Shown here one piece after another: positions 56,883 to 64,000 of a stretch of 64,000 nucleotides of DNA. Position numbers and translations under genes: made by a program. The stretch spans positions 36,389 to 100,388 of the forward strand of contig JAFEDL010000029.1 in NCBI GenBank assembly GCA_018241645.1, given 5' to 3'. The stretch comes from Pseudomonadota bacterium (GTDB taxonomy: Bacteria; Pseudomonadota; Gammaproteobacteria; Burkholderiales; SG8-39). Position 1 is the first letter of the stretch. Every line of letters starts with the position of its first letter. The notes beneath the pieces are model-generated. The model made no database searches. It was not told the origin of the DNA and worked only from the letters and a program-made list of their open reading frames with translations.

Positions 56883-57347
56883 ATGAGCGAAGTCGGCGTC
56901 GTCCCCATGGAGGAGCTGAGGAAGCTCTCGGGCCTCGAACTCATGCACGGCCTGATCGCGGGCAAATACCCGCCGCCACCGATCATGCGCGCCCTCGATT
57001 TCACGCTGGACCGGGTGGAGCATGGGGTGGCCGTGTTCTCGGGCGACGCCAAATACGACCATTACAACCCGATCGGCAGCGTGCATGGCGGGTGGATCGC
57101 CACGCTGCTCGACTCGTGCATGGGCTGCGCGATGCACACGACGCTGAAACCCGGCCAGGGATACACCAGCCTCGAGATCAAGGTGAATTTCGTGCGCGCC
57201 GTGCTGGACACCACCGGGCGGGTGACTGCGGAAGGGCGCGTGCTCTATGCCGGCAGCCGCACCGGCACGGCCGAGGGCAAACTGCTGGACGCCAACGGCA
57301 AGCTGCTCGCGCATGGCACTACGACCTGCCTGATTTTCCCGATCTGA
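56883..57347 (+). CDS. PaaI-family hotdog-fold thioesterase
   Basis: NPIGSVHGGWIATLLDSCMGCA motif. Confidence 0.8.
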   Translation: MSEVGVVPMEELRKLSGLELMHGLIAGKYPPPPIMRALDFTLDRVEHGVAVFSGDAKYDHYNPIGSVHGGWIATLLDSCMGCAMHTTLKPGQGYTSLEIKVNFVRAVLDTTGRVTAEGRVLYAGSRTGTAEGKLLDANGKLLAHGTTTCLIFPI

Positions 57348-57736
57348 CCTGACCGGCCGGCGCCGGGCCGGACAGTTCGTCCAGGATCGGGCACTCCGGC
57401 CGGTGGTCGCCATGGCAATGCGCGGCCAGCCGCTCCAGCGTCGCCTTCATCGCGAGCATCTCGCGGATCTTCTCCTCGAGCTCCCCGATGTGCTCCAGCG
57501 CCAGCTTCTTCACCGTGGCGCTCGACCTGCGGCTGTTCTGCCACAGGCCCAGCAGTTCGCCGATCTGCCGGATCGAAAAGCCCAGCCCGCGCGCCTGGCG
57601 GATGAACCTGAGCAGGTGGACCTCGTTCTCCGAGTACGTGCGGTAGCCGGAATAGGAGCGCTTCGCCTTGGGGATCAGCCCGATCTCCTCGTAGTGCCGG
57701 ATCATCTTGGCCGATACCCCCGCGGCCGCGGCCGCG

Positions 57737-57759
<23 letters not shown>
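57319..57759 (-). CDS. cueR: Cu(I)-responsive MerR-family regulator CueR
   Basis: N-terminal [26 protein letters not shown], and a C-terminal metal loop [10 protein letters not shown]. Confidence 0.9.
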
Positions 57760-59962
<2,203 letters not shown>

Positions 59963-59989
59963 GGCAATCCTTTCGTTACCGGTTACGGT

Positions 59990-60027
59990 CCGGGGATGCT
60001 CGACCTTCCCACCGCAGGAAGGTCAAG
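59990..60027 (-). promoter_or_regulatory. CueR-type promoter/operator of copA
   Basis: The minus strand reads CTTGACCTTCCTGCGGTGGGAAGGTCGAGCAT. This gives -35 TTGACC and a 19-bp spacer holding the perfect dyad ACCTTCC-N7-GGAAGGT (60003..60023). Confidence 0.6.
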
Positions 60028-60039
60028 CGGCCGAACCCG

Positions 60040-60071
60040 CTTGACCTTCCCATGGGGGCAAGCTTCATCGT
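60040..60071 (+). promoter_or_regulatory. Second MerR-type promoter facing copZ
   Basis: CTTGACCTTCCCATGGGGGCAAGCTTCATCGT. This gives TTGACC, a 19-bp spacer with the CCCATGGG core palindrome and CTTG/CAAG arms, and -10 CATCGT. Confidence 0.45.
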
Positions 60072-60104
60072 GGCACCTCCGTTAACCGTCCCATGGAGGA
60101 CACC

Positions 60105-60317
60105 ATGATTGAGTTCCAGGTGGCAGACATGACCTGCGGGCACTGCGCGAGCGTGATCACCAGGGCCGTGAAGTCGGTCGAGGTCGCGGCGAGGGTCGAG
60201 ATCGACCTGAAGGCCAGGCGCGTTCGCATCGAAGGCCCGGTCGACGCGCAGGAAATCCGCGACGCGATCCGGGACGCGGGCTATTCGCCGGCGCCGGCGC
60301 CGGCGCCGGCGGGCTAG
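60105..60317 (+). CDS. copZ: Heavy-metal-associated (HMA) copper chaperone CopZ-like
   Basis: MIEFQVADMTCGHCASVITRAV. GGAGGA RBS 4 nt before ATG 60105. The ORF-track start is 60093. Confidence 0.8.
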   Translation: MIEFQVADMTCGHCASVITRAVKSVEVAARVEIDLKARRVRIEGPVDAQEIRDAIRDAGYSPAPAPAPAG

Positions 60318-61904
60318 TTACATCTTCCTGCCGAAATCGCGCAGCACTTCCCGGGCGCAGTTGTGCCCGGGCGCGCCGGTGACGCCGCCGCCCGGGTGCG
60401 TGCCCGACCCGCACGTGTAGAGCCCCTTCAGCGGCCCGCGGTAGTCGGCGTATCCGAGCATCGGGCGCGCCGAGTACAGCTGGTCCAGGGACAGCGCGCC
60501 GTGGAAGATGTCCCCGCCGACGAGCCCGAACTGCTGCTCGAGATCGGCCGGGGACAGGGCGGTATGCGCGATCACGCTCGCCTTGAATCCGGGGGCGTGG
60601 CGCTCCACCACGTCGAAGATCCGCCCGATCGCCTCGTCCTTGCGCATGGTCCAATCCGCTTCCGGGGCGAAGTGCTGGCAGAACAGGCTCGCCACGTGCG
60701 CGCCCTTGGGCGCCAGCGAATCGTCCAGCGTGCTGGGGATCAGCATCTCGACGATGGGCGCCCGGGCGATCCCGTCGGCTTTCGCATCGAGATACGCGCG
60801 ATCCATGTACTCGAGCGACGGCGCCATGATGATGCCGGTGGAATGGTGCGGGCCGGGCTCCGGCAGGCAGGAGAATTCCGGCAGCGCCGACAGCGCCACG
60901 TTCATGCGGAAGGTGGCCGACCCGCATCTCCAGCGGCGCATGCGTGCGAGGAACTCCTCCGGCAGCGCGCCCGCCTCGATCAGGTCGAGGTAGAGCAGCT
61001 TCGGGTTGAGGTTGCTGATCACGGTCCTGCCCGCAACTTCCCGGCCGTCGCGCAGGGTGACCCCGACGGCCTTCCCGTCGCGGACGTTCACGCTGGCGAC
61101 CGCGGCATCGCAATCGATCTTCACACCCAGCCGCTTCGCCTCGGCGGCCATGGCCTGCGTGATCGCGCCCATGCCGCCGATCGCGTGGCCCCAGGCGCCC
61201 TTCCTGCCGTTCACCTCGCCAAAGCAATGGTGCAGCAATACATACGCGGTGCCCGGGTGGTACGGGCTCGCGAAATTGCCCACGACTGCGTCGAACCCGA
61301 AGGCCGCCTTGACGCCTTCGCCGTCGAACCACCCGTCGAGGAATTCAGCCGCGCCCTGGGTGAACAGCGCAAGCAGGTCGCGCCGCGCCTCCATGTCGAG
61401 CCGCTTCGCCAGGCGCCCGGCCTTGAATGCGCGCGCGAGATCGAGGATCCCGCCGCCGACGTTCGGCGGGCATTCGAGCACCACCTCGCGCAGGACATCG
61501 GCCACCCGCTCGAGCATGGCCCAGTAGGCGGGCAGGCGTTCCGCATCACGCTTCGAAAATCGCGCGAGTTCGGCCTGGGTCGCCGCGAGGCCCCCGCCGA
61601 TCTTCAGGTGCCCCCCGTCGCCGAGCGGCAGGAAATTCGAGTACGGCCGCTCGACGATCCTGAGGCCGTGCTCCGCCAGGTTGAGGTCGCGGATGACCTT
61701 CGGGTTCAGCAGGCTCACCGTGTAGGCGGCGACCGAATTGCGGAACCCGGGGTGGAATTCCTCGGTCACCGCCGCGCCGCCCACCACGCCGCGGCGCTCC
61801 AGCACGCGCACCTTGAGGCCGCCGCGCGCGAGGTAGCAGGCGCAGGCGAGGCCGTTGTGGCCCGCGCCGATGATCACGGCGTCGTAGCGGTCGGGGGTGG
61901 ACAT
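60318..61904 (-). CDS. Phytoene-desaturase-family NAD(P)/FAD-dependent oxidoreductase
   Basis: Start MSTPDRYDAVIIGAGHNGLACACYLARGGLKVRVLERR (GxGxxG). The upstream 173 codons of the ORF are GC-frame read-through. Confidence 0.8.
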   Translation of the reverse strand: MSTPDRYDAVIIGAGHNGLACACYLARGGLKVRVLERRGVVGGAAVTEEFHPGFRNSVAAYTVSLLNPKVIRDLNLAEHGLRIVERPYSNFLPLGDGGHLKIGGGLAATQAELARFSKRDAERLPAYWAMLERVADVLREVVLECPPNVGGGILDLARAFKAGRLAKRLDMEARRDLLALFTQGAAEFLDGWFDGEGVKAAFGFDAVVGNFASPYHPGTAYVLLHHCFGEVNGRKGAWGHAIGGMGAITQAMAAEAKRLGVKIDCDAAVASVNVRDGKAVGVTLRDGREVAGRTVISNLNPKLLYLDLIEAGALPEEFLARMRRWRCGSATFRMNVALSALPEFSCLPEPGPHHSTGIIMAPSLEYMDRAYLDAKADGIARAPIVEMLIPSTLDDSLAPKGAHVASLFCQHFAPEADWTMRKDEAIGRIFDVVERHAPGFKASVIAHTALSPADLEQQFGLVGGDIFHGALSLDQLYSARPMLGYADYRGPLKGLYTCGSGTHPGGGVTGAPGHNCAREVLRDFGRKM

Positions 61905-61943
61905 TCGGGATGCCGGCTTCCGGGGGGAATATACTGCGAGTAT

Positions 61944-62777
61944 ATGACTACCCCCCAAGACACCCGCAACCTGGCACTGTTCTGCGATTTCGAGAACGTG
62001 GCGCTGGGCGTGCGCGAAGCCAAGTACGACAAGTTCGACATCGGCCTGGTCCTCGAACGCCTGCTGCTCAAGGGCAGCATCGTCGTGAAGAAGGCCTATT
62101 GCGACTGGGAGCGCTACAAGGACTTCAAGGCCGGCATGCACGAGGCCTCGTTCGAGCTCATCGAGATCCCCCACGTGCGCATGTCCGGCAAGAATTCGGC
62201 CGACATCCGCATGGTCGTCGACGCGCTGGACCTGTGCTACACCAAGTCCCACGTCGACACCTTCGTGATCATCAGCGGCGACTCGGATTTCTCGCCGCTG
62301 GTCTCCAAGCTGCGCGAGAACAACAAGACGGTGATCGCGGTGGGCGTGAAGAATTCCACCTCGAACCTGCTGATCGCCAACTGCGACGAGTTCATCTTCT
62401 ACGACGACCTCGTGCGCGAGCAAAAACCCAAGCCGAAGCGGGCCGAGAAGAAGCCCGCGAGGAGCAGGTCCGCCCCCGCCGCCGCCGCCGCGGTCGCCGC
62501 GCCGGCCCAGGCGGAGGACAAGGACAAGAAGCAGGAAGCCTTCGACCTGGTGCTGGCCACCACCGAGGCGCTGTCGGCCGAGCGCGACACGGACGACAAG
62601 ATCTGGGGCTCGATGGTCAAGCAGGCGCTCAAGCGCCGCAATCCCGGGTTCTCGGAGAGCTACTACGGGTTCAAGTCGTTCAACCAGCTGCTCGAGGAGG
62701 CGGCCAAGCGGCAGCTCCTCGTGCTGGAGCGCGACGACAAGTCCGGCGGCTACATCGTCAGGACGGTGTCCCAGTAA
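61944..62777 (+). CDS. NYN-domain (LabA-like) protein with a C-terminal OST-HTH/LOTUS domain
   Basis: NLALFCDFENV...KNSADIRMVVDA...VIISGDSDFSPLV, a Lys/Ala linker, then a C-terminal WGSMVKQALKRRNPGFSESYYGFKSFNQLLEEA. Confidence 0.8.
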   Translation: MTTPQDTRNLALFCDFENVALGVREAKYDKFDIGLVLERLLLKGSIVVKKAYCDWERYKDFKAGMHEASFELIEIPHVRMSGKNSADIRMVVDALDLCYTKSHVDTFVIISGDSDFSPLVSKLRENNKTVIAVGVKNSTSNLLIANCDEFIFYDDLVREQKPKPKRAEKKPARSRSAPAAAAAVAAPAQAEDKDKKQEAFDLVLATTEALSAERDTDDKIWGSMVKQALKRRNPGFSESYYGFKSFNQLLEEAAKRQLLVLERDDKSGGYIVRTVSQ

Positions 62778-63946
62778 TGCGGATCAAGTCGGTCCGGGCC
62801 ACCTGGCTGCACGTCCCCATCCCTGAGAAACAGCAGCACGTTTCCGACTTCGGAAAGATCGGCTCGTTCGACTGCACGCTGGTGCGGATCGAGACCGAGT
62901 GCGGCATCGTCGGCTGGGGCGAGGCCAAGGAGGAGGTCGGCAGCGCGGGCAACAACCGCACGGTCACCAAGGCCATCAACGAGAAGTACGGCCCGGACCT
63001 CATCGGCGAGGACCCGCGCGACATCGTGCGCCTCAACGAGCTCATGTACAGCGGCGTGCGCGGGCACTATGCCCTTGCCCATGGCCGCGTGTTTCCCGCG
63101 CTGGGCCGCAGGGGCGCGTCGATCTGCGCGATGAGCGGGATCGACCTCGCGCTGTGGGACATCCTCGGCAAGTCGCTGAATGCGCCGGTGTGGCGCCTGC
63201 TCGGCGGGCGCAAGGCCGAAAGGATGCCGATCTACGCGTCCGGCGGCTGGGCGGATGCGAAGGGGATCGGGGAGCAGCTGCTCGGCTACGTGAAGAAGGG
63301 CAACGTCGGCGCGGTAAAGATGCGCGTCGGCATCATCGACGGCACGGTGGCCAAGTCGGTGGAGCGAGTGAAGGCGGCACGGGCGGCCCTGGGACCCGAC
63401 ATCGGTCTTGCGTGTGATGCGCACGGCACGTGGTCCGTCGCCGAGGCGAAGCAGTTCTGCCGCAAGGTCGAGGACCTGGACCTGATGTGGTTCGAGGAGC
63501 CGGTCACGGCGGACGACAAGCGCGGCTACGCGGAAGTGCGCCGCTCGTCGTCGGTGCCGATTTCGGCCGGCGAATCCGAATTCAACCGCTTCGACTTCCG
63601 CGAACTGGCCGAACTCGGGGCGGCCGACATCTTCCAGCCGGACCTGGCGATCTGCGGCGGCATCAGCGAGGCGGTCAAGATCGCCGCCATCGCTTCCAGC
63701 TACAACCTGCGGCTCGCGCCGCACCTGTGGACCGGCGCGCTCGCGTTTGCGGCAGGCATGCACGTCACGGCGGCCACGTCCTGCGGCTTCATCCTCGAGT
63801 ATTCCTTCGGCGCGAACCCGCTGCTGCAGGAACTGCCCGTGGAAGGCTTCCCCGTGAAGGACGGCAGCATCGAGATCCCGGACCGGCCGGGACTGGGCGT
63901 AACGATCAACGAGAAGTTCGTCGAGCGTTACGCCGTGGCCGCCTAG
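62777..63946 (+). CDS. Mandelate racemase / muconate lactonizing enzyme family (enolase superfamily) protein
   Basis: TAATG overlap with the previous gene. Contains GWGEAK, KMRVG, DAHG, FEEP and AGESE metal-ligand blocks. Confidence 0.85.
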   Translation: MRIKSVRATWLHVPIPEKQQHVSDFGKIGSFDCTLVRIETECGIVGWGEAKEEVGSAGNNRTVTKAINEKYGPDLIGEDPRDIVRLNELMYSGVRGHYALAHGRVFPALGRRGASICAMSGIDLALWDILGKSLNAPVWRLLGGRKAERMPIYASGGWADAKGIGEQLLGYVKKGNVGAVKMRVGIIDGTVAKSVERVKAARAALGPDIGLACDAHGTWSVAEAKQFCRKVEDLDLMWFEEPVTADDKRGYAEVRRSSSVPISAGESEFNRFDFRELAELGAADIFQPDLAICGGISEAVKIAAIASSYNLRLAPHLWTGALAFAAGMHVTAATSCGFILEYSFGANPLLQELPVEGFPVKDGSIEIPDRPGLGVTINEKFVERYAVAA

Positions 63947-64000
63947 CCCAGCGGCACCGCCACGTAGCGGCGGTTGCCTTCGCGCTGCACCAGCAGCGCC

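Noticed and set aside
63943-64000. Possible 3' end of a convergent minus-strand gene (…ALLVQREGNRRYVAVPLG*) at the right edge.
   Set aside because: Only 19 codons are visible and no family can be assigned.

Overview
This is a high-GC proteobacterial segment. The Bug-family binding protein, CopK and a SilB-like CusB point to a Burkholderiales-type beta-proteobacterium, but that is inference. I call about 85 protein-coding genes. I found no rRNA, tRNA, CRISPR array, transposase or integrase.

Layout:
- 1-7.2 kb: ordinary redox and metabolic genes plus an ECF sigma/anti-sigma pair.
- 7.2-15.6 kb: a divergent gene pair of operons built around secreted proteins carrying tandem NPCAAK cysteine repeats. 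It also holds a pentaheme lipoprotein cytochrome, a periplasmic thioredoxin, CcdA, a YeeE/YedE transporter and a class III cyclase.
- 15.6-20.9 kb: a decayed higBA remnant, small stress and metal proteins (GDCCVxC, DUF302, DUF2892, OsmC), a Crp/Fnr-family regulator and a thiolase.
- 20.9-45.6 kb: one unbroken minus-strand array of 26 genes. A cusCBA-ccdA-copG copper efflux block runs directly into a complete N-type F1Fo ATPase operon whose beta subunit carries an N-terminal YHS/TRASH metal-binding domain. This is followed by a DUF3141, beta-CASP, thymidine-phosphorylase-family and Prs-family module, two cyclase genes (one fused to YHS), a CusF-like protein and a cytochrome c-prime-like protein.
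- 45.7-56.7 kb: a second copper array with two copK copies, a Met-rich protein, a P1B ATPase, CusF, a cupredoxin, a multicopper oxidase and a TolC-like protein.
- 56.8-60.3 kb: cueR-copA divergent from copZ, with CueR-type promoters.
- 60.3-64 kb: ordinary genes.

Main leads:
1. The copper-efflux and N-ATPase super-array, with its YHS-AtpD fusion.
2. The perfect FNR-type box TTGAT-N4-ATCAA with a TAGAAT -10 at the head of that array, plus two near-perfect boxes elsewhere in the copper island. No CopRS/CusRS two-component system is present.
3. The NPCAAK cysteine-repeat protein system.
4. A cytoplasmic class III cyclase fused to a YHS domain.

All family assignments come from motif recognition by eye. 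No database search or HMM was run.
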